Below, piece after piece: positions 19,695 through 28,535 of a stretch of 64,000 bases of DNA. Position 1 is the first letter of the stretch. Each line of letters opens with the position of its first letter. The notes beneath the pieces are model-generated. The model saw only the letters and a list, made by a program, of their open reading frames with translations, had not been told where the DNA came from and did not search any database. The DNA lies in the NCBI GenBank assembly GCA_963798845.1, contig CAWCUS010000006.1, forward strand, positions 576,001 through 640,000, written 5' to 3'. Made by a program: the position numbers and the translations under genes. The DNA comes from an uncultured Gemmatimonadales bacterium. GTDB lineage: Bacteria > Gemmatimonadota > Gemmatimonadetes > Longimicrobiales > RSA9.

Positions 19695-19808
19695 CCCGCG
19701 TCGTCGCTCGCTCGCCTCGCCCGCGTCGCCCGCGTCGCCCGCGTCGTGCGCTCGCTCGCCCCGGTCGCCCGCGTCGCTCGCTCGCTCGCCCCGGTCGCCC
19801 GCGTCGCG
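19695..19808. repeat. 9-nt and 30-nt tandem repeats in the DUF2207 signal region
   Basis: (GCCCGCGTC)n and two copies of CGCTCGCTCGCCCCGGTCGCCCGCGTCGC. Confidence 0.8.
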
Positions 19809-21644
19809 CTCCTGGGGCTCGCCCCGGTCCTGGCGCTCCCCGCCGGCGCGGCCGCGCAGCGCTCGCTCGTGTTCGAGCAGCTCCACGCCGACATCGTCGT
19901 GCGCAAGGACGGCGACATCGTGGTGACCGAAACGCTCCGGCCGCGATTCACGGGGGAGTGGAACGGGATCCTCCGCAACATCTCCCTGCGGCCGCCGGAC
20001 AACTACCACGCCGACTATCTCCTGGGCGTGCGCCTGCTGTCGGCCACCGACGGCGCCGGGCGCTCGCTGCGCACGGAGACGGTGCGGGTCTCGCACGACG
20101 AGCGGCAGTTCAAGATCTGGGTGCCGAACGCCGAGGACCGCACGGCCACCGTGATCCTCACGTACCAGGTCCGCAACGCCCTGGGGTTCTTCCGACCCGA
20201 AAACGGGCAGGACTGGGAGCCCATGGACGAGCTGTACTGGCAGGTGACCGGGACGGAGTGGGAGGTCCCGATCCAGCGGGCCAGCGCCCGCCTCGTCCTG
20301 CCGGAAAGCGCCGAGCCCCGCCAGATGTCCGCGTACGTCGGCGCTTCATCGTCCGGACGGCACGCCGACATCCGTGCCGTCGAGCCGGGCGTCGTGGACG
20401 TCGCGCCCATCGGCCCGCTCCAGCCGGGGGAAGGCCTGACCCTGGCCGTCGGCTGGCCGGCCGGGATCGTGGACCGCGCCGCCGCCGAGGACCTCCCCCG
20501 CCTCGACGGCGGCCGCGCCATCCACGCGCTCGACCTGTGGCCGCTCCTCATCCCGCTGATCATCCTCTGGTGGATGGCGGGGGCCTGGAACGAGCGCGGC
20601 CGCGATCCCGAGGGGCACGCCATCGCCGTCCAGTGGGAGCCCGTGCCCGGCCTCTCGCCGGCCGAGACGGGCACCCTCGTCGACAATGACGCCGGGATGC
20701 GGGACATCATCTCCACCCTCGTGGACCTGGCCGTGCGCGGGTACATCGTCATCGAGGAGCACGAGAAGTCCGGCCTCCTCCGCTTCGGACGCGAGTACCA
20801 CTTCCACCTGGTCAAGGCCCGCACGGAATGGGACGGCCTCGCCGTGCACGAGATGCGCTTCCTCGACGGCCTCTTCGACAGCACCACGCCCGCCGAAGCG
20901 CTCGCCGGGGTCACCAGCAAGACCGTCAACGTGCGCAGCCTCCTCGCCCATCTCGGCGTCGAGGACGCGTCGGTGTCGGCGCCCCCCGGCTCGCTCGACA
21001 GCGTCCGCCTCTCCGACCTCGAGAACCAGTTCTACAAGAAGGTCCCGGCAATCAAGGACGCCATCTATCACCAGCTGGTGGCGCACGGGTACTACGACCG
21101 CCGCCCCGACAAGGTGCGCGGCCGGTATCTCGCACTCGCAGCCGTGGTCGCCGCGGGAGGCGTGGGCGCCACCGCCCTCCACGCCTACGCAAGCGGCCCG
21201 ATCCTCGCCGGCGCCGTATTCGCCAGCGCCGTCATCATCGGAATCTTCGGCTGGCTCATGCCGCGGCGCACCGAGGCGGGCGCCCGCGCCCGCGAGGCGT
21301 CCCTCGGCTTCAAGCGGTTCCTCGAGCGCGTCGAGGCCCCCCGCTACAAACGCATGATCACGACGCCCCGGCAGTTCGAGCGCTTCCTCCCCTACGCCAT
21401 GGCGTTCCAGTGCGAGGACCGCTGGGCCGCCGCATTCGACGACATCCTGACCGAGCCTCCCGACTGGTACCGCGGCAGCCACACCGGCTTCACGCACTTC
21501 CGTCCGTCCACCTTCGCCAGCGACCTCGGCAAGCTCTCGTCCGCCGCGAGCTCCACCCTCTCCTCCTCTCCCAGCTCCTCCGGCTCCGGCGGCGGCGGCA
21601 GCGTCGGAGGAGGAGGCGGCGGCGGCGGCGGCGGAGGCTTCTGA
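19746..21644 (+). CDS. DUF2207 membrane protein (true start probably ATG 19619 with a 1-nt insertion near 19715)
   Basis: DGDIVVTE, ELYWQVTGTEWEVPI, LSPAETGTLVD, LVDLAVRGYI, ERFLPYAMAF and a Gly/Ser tail ending GGGGF. Typical lemA neighbour. Confidence 0.9.
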   Translation: MRSLAPVARVARSLAPVARVALLGLAPVLALPAGAAAQRSLVFEQLHADIVVRKDGDIVVTETLRPRFTGEWNGILRNISLRPPDNYHADYLLGVRLLSATDGAGRSLRTETVRVSHDERQFKIWVPNAEDRTATVILTYQVRNALGFFRPENGQDWEPMDELYWQVTGTEWEVPIQRASARLVLPESAEPRQMSAYVGASSSGRHADIRAVEPGVVDVAPIGPLQPGEGLTLAVGWPAGIVDRAAAEDLPRLDGGRAIHALDLWPLLIPLIILWWMAGAWNERGRDPEGHAIAVQWEPVPGLSPAETGTLVDNDAGMRDIISTLVDLAVRGYIVIEEHEKSGLLRFGREYHFHLVKARTEWDGLAVHEMRFLDGLFDSTTPAEALAGVTSKTVNVRSLLAHLGVEDASVSAPPGSLDSVRLSDLENQFYKKVPAIKDAIYHQLVAHGYYDRRPDKVRGRYLALAAVVAAGGVGATALHAYASGPILAGAVFASAVIIGIFGWLMPRRTEAGARAREASLGFKRFLERVEAPRYKRMITTPRQFERFLPYAMAFQCEDRWAAAFDDILTEPPDWYRGSHTGFTHFRPSTFASDLGKLSSAASSTLSSSPSSSGSGGGGSVGGGGGGGGGGGF

Positions 21645-21724
21645 CCCGCACAGCCGCGCCTTCAGACCGGGCCGTAGCCGCGGGTGCGTCGAGCGCGAGG
21701 AGTCCCGCTCGGCCATGGCGGTGC

Positions 21725-21899
21725 CCCGGGAGCGGACGTATTCCCGGAGCGGACCGGGGAACCGGACGTATTCCCGGGAGCGGACGTATTCCCGGGAGCG
21801 GACGTATTCCCGGGAGCGGACGTATTCCCGGGGGCGGACGTATTCCCGGGAGCGGACGTATTCCCGGGAGCGGACGTATTCCCGGGGGCGGACGTATTC
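21725..21899. repeat. Intergenic 18-nt tandem array
   Basis: CGGACGTATTCCCGGG(A/G)G, 7 full copies at 21763-21888, plus partial and degenerate flanking copies. Confidence 0.92.
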
Positions 21900-21950
21900 A
21901 GCGCGGCAGTCCAGCGGCGGAGCCCGGGACTGGCTATCGCTCCCCCGGAT

Positions 21951-22058
21951 TTCTCTCCACGTGGAGAGAACAGAGCGCTGGCACAGTCGGCATAACTCTT
22001 TGTGGGACAACGAGATGAATGATCATCCATGCACCGGAGATCTCTCCACCTGGAGAGA
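21951..22058. promoter_or_regulatory. Pair of palindromic operator-like sites upstream of a MarR-domain gene
   Basis: Perfect 20-nt palindrome TTCTCTCCACGTGGAGAGAA (21951-21970) and near copy TCTCTCCACCTGGAGAGA (22041-22058) flanking an AT-richer stretch. Confidence 0.6.
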
Positions 22059-23071
22059 GTTTCCGTGACGACCCAGCCGCAGCCGCAGCCGCAGCCGCAA
22101 CCGCAGCCGCAGCCGCGCCGCAACCGCCGCCGCCGCACGCCGCAGCCGCAGCCGCAGCCGCCGGGCCCCGGTCCGGGCGCCGCCGCCCTCGCCGCAGCCG
22201 CCGGGCCCTGGCCCGGGTCCGCTGCGCTCGCCGCCTGGGCTCGCCGCCTTCGCCGCCTTCGCCGCCTTCCTCAGAACGGCCGGCGGAGGTGTCCGATCCC
22301 TCGCCGGAGTATGGGATCACGGAAGCGGACATCGACCTCGGGCCGTGGATCGGGGCGTCGCCGGAGGAGTCAGGCTCGGGGGCCGAGTTCCGGCGGGAAG
22401 TGGCGGCGGTGGCCAGGGAAGTTCTGGTGGACCTCGCGCGACGGGGCGTGGACATCGGCCGTGCGCGGCGGAAGCGCAACGGAGCGGAGGCGGGTGGGGG
22501 CCAGGTGGAGGGGGGCGTCGCGGAGGGTCCGGACGAGAGTGCGGAGGGAGCTCGCGGAGCGGGCGAAGAGGTCGCCCGGGGACGCGGCTCCGCAGGCCCA
22601 ATGGATCCGTTGCCCTGGGAGCCTCGCGACAACACTCCGTTCCTGCTCGTGCGAGCGGGTGCGCGGCTGGAGGCGCGGCTGGAGGTGGGGCGCCGGCGCG
22701 GCCCCGAGCACGTCCAGAGTCATCGACGTGACTCTCGGGGATTCGGTGTCCGGCGGGACCTGGCGCTGCTGGAGGCCGCCCGGCCCGGGGGGACGTCTCC
22801 CGCTGGCTTGCGGCGACGGTTGGGGCTGGCGTCGGCGTCGGTTTCCGGGCTGGTGGGGCGCTGCGAGAGCCGGGGGCTGGTGGAGCGCCGTCCGCTGGGG
22901 AGCGACCGTCGCACGAGCCGGATCACGCTCACGGCGTCGGGGCTGGAGGCGGCGGCGTGTGTCGTGCGGTCGTGGCAGGCGGCGGATGACGCGCTGCTTT
23001 CCGGGCTGTCCATGGCAGAGCGGAACGAGCTGCGTCGGCTTCTGCACAAGGCCGCGCGGGCGCTGGCTTGA
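22019..23071 (+). CDS. MarR-family winged-helix regulator with long low-complexity N-terminus (start uncertain, possibly GTG 22289)
   Basis: C-terminal SPAGLRRRLGLASASVSGLVGRCESRGLVERRPLGSDRRTSRITLTASG and GLSMAERNELRRLL are MarR-like. Confidence 0.7.
   Translation: MIIHAPEISPPGESFRDDPAAAAAAAATAAAAAPQPPPPHAAAAAAAAGPRSGRRRPRRSRRALARVRCARRLGSPPSPPSPPSSERPAEVSDPSPEYGITEADIDLGPWIGASPEESGSGAEFRREVAAVAREVLVDLARRGVDIGRARRKRNGAEAGGGQVEGGVAEGPDESAEGARGAGEEVARGRGSAGPMDPLPWEPRDNTPFLLVRAGARLEARLEVGRRRGPEHVQSHRRDSRGFGVRRDLALLEAARPGGTSPAGLRRRLGLASASVSGLVGRCESRGLVERRPLGSDRRTSRITLTASGLEAAACVVRSWQAADDALLSGLSMAERNELRRLLHKAARALA
22074..22160. repeat. (CAGCCG)n hexanucleotide repeat
   Basis: Two runs of CAGCCG units seen directly. 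Confidence 0.85.
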
Positions 23072-23072
23072 T

Positions 23073-23164
23073 GGGTTGCGCGAGCGGCGGGCCGCGGGGT
23101 TGCGCGAGCGGCGGGCCCGGGGGTTGCGCGAGCGGCGGGCCCGGGGGTTGCGCGAGCGGCGGGT
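23073..23164. repeat. 24-nt tandem repeat x4 immediately after the MarR stop
   Basis: GGGTTGCGCGAGCGGCGGGCCCGG at 23073, 23097, 23121 and 23145. Confidence 0.9.
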
Positions 23165-23236
23165 CGGGGGGCGTCGCCCTTGCTAGGCCGGGGCCTCCCG
23201 CTTATTGAGTTTCGCATGAAGGAGTCAGAGGCGACA

Positions 23237-23653
23237 ATGCCGGAGACCCCCGAGCAGATCGACCCGGCGCTGGAGGTATTCCTGCAGCGATTCAATCGTG
23301 GGGAATTCTGGGAGAGTCACGAGGCGCTGGAGGAGGCATGGCGTCGCACCGGGAGCGAGTTCTACCATGCGCTCATCCTCTTCGCGAGCGCGTTCGTGCA
23401 CGTGAAGCGCGGGAACCGGCACGGCATCGCCGCGCAGCTCGGGAAGGCCATGCCGCTGCTGGAGCTCCGCCGGCCGAACTACCTCGGCTTCGACATCGAG
23501 GGGCTGCTCGAGCACGCCGCCGTGTGCCGGCACCTGGTGGCCGAGAACCGGGAGGCGCCCGAATCCGCGTGGCAGGTGCTGATCCCGCTTCCCCGCCTGC
23601 GCTACGATCCCGCGCTCGTCCGGGGCGACGAGCCGGAGCTGGGCCGTGAATGA
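23237..23653 (+). CDS. DUF309 domain protein
   Basis: FNRGEFWESHEALEEAW and FYHALI...AFVH motifs. Confidence 0.88.
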   Translation: MPETPEQIDPALEVFLQRFNRGEFWESHEALEEAWRRTGSEFYHALILFASAFVHVKRGNRHGIAAQLGKAMPLLELRRPNYLGFDIEGLLEHAAVCRHLVAENREAPESAWQVLIPLPRLRYDPALVRGDEPELGRE

Positions 23654-24975
23654 CGCGACCGCCGTCCGCGGCCGTTGACCGCACCGTCGCCCGCCCCCGC
23701 GTGGTCATCGTGGGCGGCGGGTTCGGCGGCCTGGAGGCGGCCAGGGGGCTCCGCCGCGCCGCCGTCGACGTCATGCTCCTCGACCGTCGCAACTACCACC
23801 TCTTCCAGCCGCTGCTCTACCAGGTGGCCACCGCCTCCCTTTCGCCCGCCGACGTGGCCGGTCCGATCCGGTCGATCCTGAAGCGGAGCCGGAACACGGA
23901 AGTGTGGATGGGCGAGGCCGTGGACGTGGACGTGGAGCGGCGGGTCGTCAGCCTGGTCGACGGTCGCCTGGACTACGACTACCTGGTGGTCGCCACCGGG
24001 GTCACCCACGCGTACTTCGGCCACGACGAGTGGGCTCCGCTCGCCCCCGGCCTGAAGACCGTGGACGACGCCCTGGAGATGCGGCGACGCTTCCTCCTTG
24101 CCTTCGAAGCCGCCGAGCGCGAAGCGGATCCGGACGCTCGAAGGCGCCTCCTCACCTTCGTCATCGTCGGCGCCGGCCCCACGGGAGTCGAGCTCGCCGG
24201 CGCCATGGCCGAGATCGCGCGCCAGTCCATCCCGCGAGATTTTCGCTTCGTGGACACCACCTCCGCCCGAATCCTCCTGGTGGAGGGCGCCGACCGCGTG
24301 CTGCCCGGCTACCCCCCCTCGCTCTCGGCCAGCGCCGACGCCCAGCTCCGCCGCCTGGGCGTGGACGTGCGCACCGGCGCGCTGGTCACCGGCATCGAGG
24401 AGGAAGGCGTCCATGTCGCCGACGACTTCGTCCCCGCCGCCAACGCATTCTGGGCCGCGGGCGTCGCCGCTTCCCCCCTCGCCGGCCGCCTCGGCGCCCC
24501 CCTCGACCGCGCCGGTCGCGTCCTGGTCCGCGACGACTGCTCGCTGCCCGACCACCCGGAGGTCTTCGTCATCGGCGATCTCGCCCACATCGAGCAGGAC
24601 GGCCAGCTCCTCCCGGGCGTGGCACAGGTCGCCATCCAGTCGGGCCGCCACGCCGCACGCGCCATCCGCAGCGACCTCGCCCGACGCCCCCGCAAGCCCT
24701 TCCACTACCGGGACCTCGGCAACCTCGCGACCATCGGCAGGAACGCCGCCGTCGCCGACTTCGGCCGTGTCCGTTTCGGCGGCTTCATCGCCTGGTTCAT
24801 CTGGGCCTTCATACACATCTACAACCTCATCAACTTCCGCAGCCGCATCCTCGTCATGGTCCAGTGGGCCTGGGCCTGGCTCACCTATCAGCGAGGGATC
24901 CGCCTCATCACCGGCTCTCCCGAGATCCGCCTCGAGCGCAGCCGCGGCGGACCGCCGGCCCCGCCGGACGGCTAG
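23650..24975 (+). CDS. ndh: Type II NADH dehydrogenase-like NAD(P)/FAD oxidoreductase
   Basis: GGGFGG, NYHLFQPLLYQVAT, GAGPTGVELAG, WAAGV and GNLATIGR motifs. Confidence 0.93.
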   Translation: MTRPPSAAVDRTVARPRVVIVGGGFGGLEAARGLRRAAVDVMLLDRRNYHLFQPLLYQVATASLSPADVAGPIRSILKRSRNTEVWMGEAVDVDVERRVVSLVDGRLDYDYLVVATGVTHAYFGHDEWAPLAPGLKTVDDALEMRRRFLLAFEAAEREADPDARRRLLTFVIVGAGPTGVELAGAMAEIARQSIPRDFRFVDTTSARILLVEGADRVLPGYPPSLSASADAQLRRLGVDVRTGALVTGIEEEGVHVADDFVPAANAFWAAGVAASPLAGRLGAPLDRAGRVLVRDDCSLPDHPEVFVIGDLAHIEQDGQLLPGVAQVAIQSGRHAARAIRSDLARRPRKPFHYRDLGNLATIGRNAAVADFGRVRFGGFIAWFIWAFIHIYNLINFRSRILVMVQWAWAWLTYQRGIRLITGSPEIRLERSRGGPPAPPDG

Positions 24976-25014
24976 TCCGGCCCTCGCGCGGCCCTCCCGC
25001 GCCCGCACTGCCTC

Positions 25015-25068
25015 TTGACACGGACCCGCCCGGCGCCCTAGCGTATTGGTCAACCGATACACCAACAC
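25015..25068 (+). promoter_or_regulatory. Sigma70 promoter plus YtrA-type inverted-repeat operator
   Basis: TTGACA-N18-TAGCGT overlapped by GTATTGGT-N10-ACCAACAC (25043-25068). Confidence 0.65.
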
Positions 25069-25080
25069 GGCGAGGGCCCG

Positions 25081-25476
25081 GTGCTGATCTCCATCAATGC
25101 TGCGGACGTCCGGCCGATCTACGTCCAGATCATGGACGAGATCAAGCGGGCGGTAGTGCTTGGGACGGTCGGACCGGATGACGCGCTGCCGTCGGTGCGG
25201 CAGCTCGCGGGGGAGTTGCGGGTGAATCCGAACACGGTACAGCAGGCGTACAGGGAGCTGGAGCGGGAGGGTCTGATCTACGTACGGCGGGGTCAGGGTA
25301 CGTTCGTGGCGGAGGCGGGGGTGGTGGGGAGTGAGCGGGAGCGGCGGGAGCTCGCGGTGATGGTGGCGGGGCGGGCGTTGCGGGAGGCGTACCGGAACGG
25401 AGTGACGGCGGAGGAGCTGGTGGACGCGCTGCGCGAGGTCGCGCGAGAGAACGGGGCGGAAGGAGGCGATCGATGA
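25081..25476 (+). CDS. GntR family regulator, YtrA subfamily
   Basis: PIYVQI, LPSVRQLAGELRVNPNTVQQAYRELEREG and RRGQGTFV motifs. Short C-domain, first gene of an ABC operon. Confidence 0.95.
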   Translation: MLISINAADVRPIYVQIMDEIKRAVVLGTVGPDDALPSVRQLAGELRVNPNTVQQAYRELEREGLIYVRRGQGTFVAEAGVVGSERERRELAVMVAGRALREAYRNGVTAEELVDALREVARENGAEGGDR

Positions 25477-26453
25477 TGGCGCGGAACCTCACGGAAGCGA
25501 CCGTCGCGGAGCTGTCGGTGGAGACGTCGGGCGTGGCGAAGCGGTTCGGCTCGCGCGTAGCGCTGGCGGGTCTGGACCTGGTGGTGCCGCGGGGGTCGGT
25601 GTACGTGCTGGTGGGGCCGAACGGCGCGGGCAAGACGACGACGCTGCGGATCCTCCTGGACCTGGTGCGTGCGGACGCGGGATCGGCGAGTGTGCTGGGC
25701 CGGGACACGGTGTCGGAGGGGTCCGCGGTGCGGGCGCTGACCGGGTACGTGCCCGAGCGACAGGATGCCGGCTACGCCTGGATGAAGGTGGAGCAGCTGC
25801 TGGACTACCACGCCGGGTACCGCACGGCGTGGGATTCGTCGTACGCGCGGGAGCTGATGGGTCGGCTGGAGGTGGCGACGCACACGCGCTTCGGGAAGCT
25901 GTCGAAAGGCGAAGCTCGCCGCGTGCAGCTGGTGATGGCGCTGGCGCATCGTCCCCCTGTGCTGCTGCTGGACGAGCCGACGGACGGACTGGACCCGGTG
26001 ATGCGGGAGGAAGCGGTGCGGCTCCTGGCGAACCACGTGGCGGAGACGGCGTGCACGCTGCTGGTCTCGACGCACCTGGTGTACGAGGTGGAGGGGCTGG
26101 GCGACCGGTTGGGGGTGTTGAGGGAGGGGCGGCTCCTGGCGCAGCTGGACCGGGACACGCTGCGGTCGCGGCTGAGACGCTACACGCTGGAAGTGCCGGA
26201 AGGGTGGGGTGGCGTTCCCGAGCTGAGCGAGCGGGTGGTGCGGCGGAACGGGACGGGGCGCGAGGTGGCGTGGACGGTGTGGGGGGAAGAGCGGGAGGTG
26301 GTCGAGCGACTGGGCGCGGGCGGCTCGACGGTTCGGAGCGTCGATCCCCTGACACTGGAGGAGTCTGCCGTCGCGCTGCTGGCGATGCGGGGGATCGAGG
26401 GGAGACTGTCCCGGGAGCTGAACCCGCGGGCGCTCGCGGGGGAGAGGAGCTGA
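25473..26453 (+). CDS. ABC transporter ATP-binding protein
   Basis: GPNGAGKTT, LSKGE, LLLDEPTDGLD and STH motifs. Confidence 0.95.
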   Translation: MMARNLTEATVAELSVETSGVAKRFGSRVALAGLDLVVPRGSVYVLVGPNGAGKTTTLRILLDLVRADAGSASVLGRDTVSEGSAVRALTGYVPERQDAGYAWMKVEQLLDYHAGYRTAWDSSYARELMGRLEVATHTRFGKLSKGEARRVQLVMALAHRPPVLLLDEPTDGLDPVMREEAVRLLANHVAETACTLLVSTHLVYEVEGLGDRLGVLREGRLLAQLDRDTLRSRLRRYTLEVPEGWGGVPELSERVVRRNGTGREVAWTVWGEEREVVERLGAGGSTVRSVDPLTLEESAVALLAMRGIEGRLSRELNPRALAGERS

Positions 26454-26455
26454 CG

Positions 26456-27292
26456 ATGGAAGCGACCATGACGGTCCAGGCGACACACAGGCCTCTCGAA
26501 TTCGGGCGCGCGTTCGCGCATCAATTCCGGTTCCTCAACATGAGCCGCCGTCCCCTCATGCTGGGCGTGGCGCTGCTCGGCGTGCTCGCGCTGGGCGGGG
26601 AGCCGTGGAACCACGACCCGCTGACGCGCTTCTTCACGCTCTGGCCGGTGTGGGTGGTGCTGGCCGGGCCGTTCTGGGCGTTCGCGGTGTTCCACAACGA
26701 GGGGCCGAGCGAGCGGCTGTACCACTGGGCGCAGCCGGTGGGCCGGTGGACCCACACCGCGGCGCGCCTGTGCGCCGGACTGGCGTGGCTGTGGCTGTTG
26801 CTGGCGCTCCTGCTCGTGGCCGGGATCCTCGCCGCGGTCGCCGACGGCGACGCCGGGCAGTTCGCGCACATGACCGTCGCCGGCTGGGTCAACTACTTCA
26901 CGGGTCCGCTGCTCGGCTACATGATGATCTCCGTGCTGACCGTGGCGAGCGACCACCCGATCCGCTGGTTCTTCGGGATCATCTTCATGGTCCCCATCAC
27001 CGTGACGCTGCTGAGCGAATGGCTAGGGCTGGCGACGGTGGTCCGCCGCGTGCTTGGGCCGCTGGGCAACCCCTACTGGGGTCTCGGCGTGACGCTGGCC
27101 GGCGGCTTCGCCGACGGCATCCTGGCCGTGCAGCGGGCGGTCGTACCGACCGTCCGGCACACGGGGCCGGCGTTCGATGCCGCGGCCTGGTGGACGGCGC
27201 TCCCGCTCTGGACTCTCCTGCTGGCCGCGGTCGTGGCGGCGCTTGCCGTGCCGCATCCGGACGCATTTCCGCGCCTGCGCTGGCGCAGGTAG
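26456..27292 (+). CDS. ABC-2-type permease-like membrane protein
   Basis: ATG 26456 with GAGGAG RBS, about 6 TM helices, follows the ATPase. Confidence 0.8.
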   Translation: MEATMTVQATHRPLEFGRAFAHQFRFLNMSRRPLMLGVALLGVLALGGEPWNHDPLTRFFTLWPVWVVLAGPFWAFAVFHNEGPSERLYHWAQPVGRWTHTAARLCAGLAWLWLLLALLLVAGILAAVADGDAGQFAHMTVAGWVNYFTGPLLGYMMISVLTVASDHPIRWFFGIIFMVPITVTLLSEWLGLATVVRRVLGPLGNPYWGLGVTLAGGFADGILAVQRAVVPTVRHTGPAFDAAAWWTALPLWTLLLAAVVAALAVPHPDAFPRLRWRR

Positions 27293-27302
27293 CGCCAAAC
27301 CC

Positions 27303-27347
27303 TTGACAGACGATGTGAGACGGAAACAGCTTAGTTCGCGTCTCACA
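27303..27347 (+). promoter_or_regulatory. TTGACA -35 element overlapped by a perfect 9-bp inverted repeat
   Basis: TTGACA at 27303-27308, then TGTGAGACG(27314-27322)-N16-CGTCTCACA(27339-27347). Confidence 0.5.
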
Positions 27348-27408
27348 AAAACTTGGCCTGCCTCACCCGGCAGGGGAGTGTCCACAGCACAGGGAACGCA
27401 GACGGTCG

Positions 27409-28155
27409 ATGCGGACCTCGCTCCGACAGTTCGGCATGGTGGTCTTTTCAGTGCTCCTGGCGGCACCGGCGGCGGCTCAGAGCCTGCACGGGTCGCGGGC
27501 CTCGGTTTCCCGCATGTACCGGGTCGCGCAATCGCACGACTTCACCTTCCTGAACAGCGGCCGGCGGATCCGGGAGTTCGTCCGGATGGGCTATCTGGTC
27601 CAGCTGCCCGGGGACGGGAACTACTCGCTGGCGAACGTCTCCTACCCGTACGCGCGCCCCCAGACCAAGCTGTTCGTGGAGCGGCTGGCGGCTCAGTACA
27701 AGCAGGCGTGCGGTGAGCCGCTGGTGGTGACGAGCCTTACGAGGCCGAAGAACGACCAGCCCAACAACGCGTCGAGCCAGTCGGTCCATCCGACCGGGAT
27801 GGCGGTGGACGTGCGTCGGAGCAACCGGCTGGCGTGCCGAAAGTGGATCGAACGGACGCTGCTGTCGCTCGAAAAGGCGAGAGTGATCGAAGCGACGCGC
27901 GAGCGCTGGCCGCCCCACTACCACATCGCGGTGTTCCCGACCTCGTACACGCGATACGTCGCCGCGCTTCCGGACCCCTCGGTGCCGGCGGCGGCGGTGG
28001 CCGACAACACGCGCTACCGCGTGCGCCGCGGGGACAGCCTGTGGAGCATCGCCCGGAACCACGGGGTCGACGTGGACGAGCTGAAGGCTGCGAACGACCT
28101 GGCCGGGAACCGGATCTACGCCGGGCAGCGTCTGCTGATCCCGGCCGCCCGCTGA
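27409..28155 (+). CDS. DUF5715-like (Hedgehog/DD-peptidase fold) protein with C-terminal LysM, secreted
   Basis: Signal peptide, VTSLTR, SVHPTGMAVD and PPHYHIAV (H/D/H ligands). LysM YRVRRGDSLWSIA...IYAGQRLLIP. Confidence 0.88.
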   Translation: MRTSLRQFGMVVFSVLLAAPAAAQSLHGSRASVSRMYRVAQSHDFTFLNSGRRIREFVRMGYLVQLPGDGNYSLANVSYPYARPQTKLFVERLAAQYKQACGEPLVVTSLTRPKNDQPNNASSQSVHPTGMAVDVRRSNRLACRKWIERTLLSLEKARVIEATRERWPPHYHIAVFPTSYTRYVAALPDPSVPAAAVADNTRYRVRRGDSLWSIARNHGVDVDELKAANDLAGNRIYAGQRLLIPAAR

Positions 28156-28174
28156 GAGAGGGACGCGGCGGGGC

Positions 28175-28459
28175 CTAGCGTCGCTGCATGTCCTCCGGCT
28201 GGTAGGGCAGCTGGTTGAGGTAGTTCTGCGCTTCCAGGTCGATGCGCGACGTGCGCAGCTGGTCGGTGGAGACGGTCACGGTCGTGTCCATCCCGTGCCG
28301 GTGCGCCGACACCGTCACCGTCCCATCCCCGCCTTCCAGCGTGACCGAGTGGTCGCTCGACGAGGCCACCTCCAGCGGGATGCGCTCCCTCAGGTACTCC
28401 GCCGCCAGCTCGATGGCGCGCCTTCCGGCCATGGCAGTGAGTCTCTGGTACGCGGCCAT
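28175..28459 (-). CDS. Small hypothetical protein (94 aa)
   Basis: ATG 28459 with GGAGAGAG RBS. MAAYQRLT...LNQLPYQPEDMQRR with coding-like codon bias. Confidence 0.75.
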   Translation of the reverse strand: MAAYQRLTAMAGRRAIELAAEYLRERIPLEVASSSDHSVTLEGGDGTVTVSAHRHGMDTTVTVSTDQLRTSRIDLEAQNYLNQLPYQPEDMQRR

Positions 28460-28535
28460 CTCTCTCCGTCTCCCTGTTTCGATTCCCGGACGAAAACGCC
28501 TGAAGGAGAACGCCTCGCGGGCGGTGTGGCAAGGG

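Noticed and set aside
19617..19745. TGA readthrough or selenocysteine fusing LemA to DUF2207 (same frame, open after the TGA)
   Set aside because: The intervening frame has poor codon bias, LemA ends at its normal PEVRF terminus, and no redox motif or SECIS is evident. A 1-nt insertion after ATG 19619 is simpler.
21662..22138. Small repeat-encoded ORFs (GADVFP, RERTYS and GNTSAP repeats)
   Set aside because: They are open in several frames only because the 18-nt unit lacks stop codons. There is no RBS or codon-bias support.
27380..27408. c-di-GMP-I or c-di-AMP riboswitch upstream of the LysM gene (GCACAGGG motif)
   Set aside because: The rest of either consensus (GNRA loop/receptor, second stem) is absent and the leader is too short.
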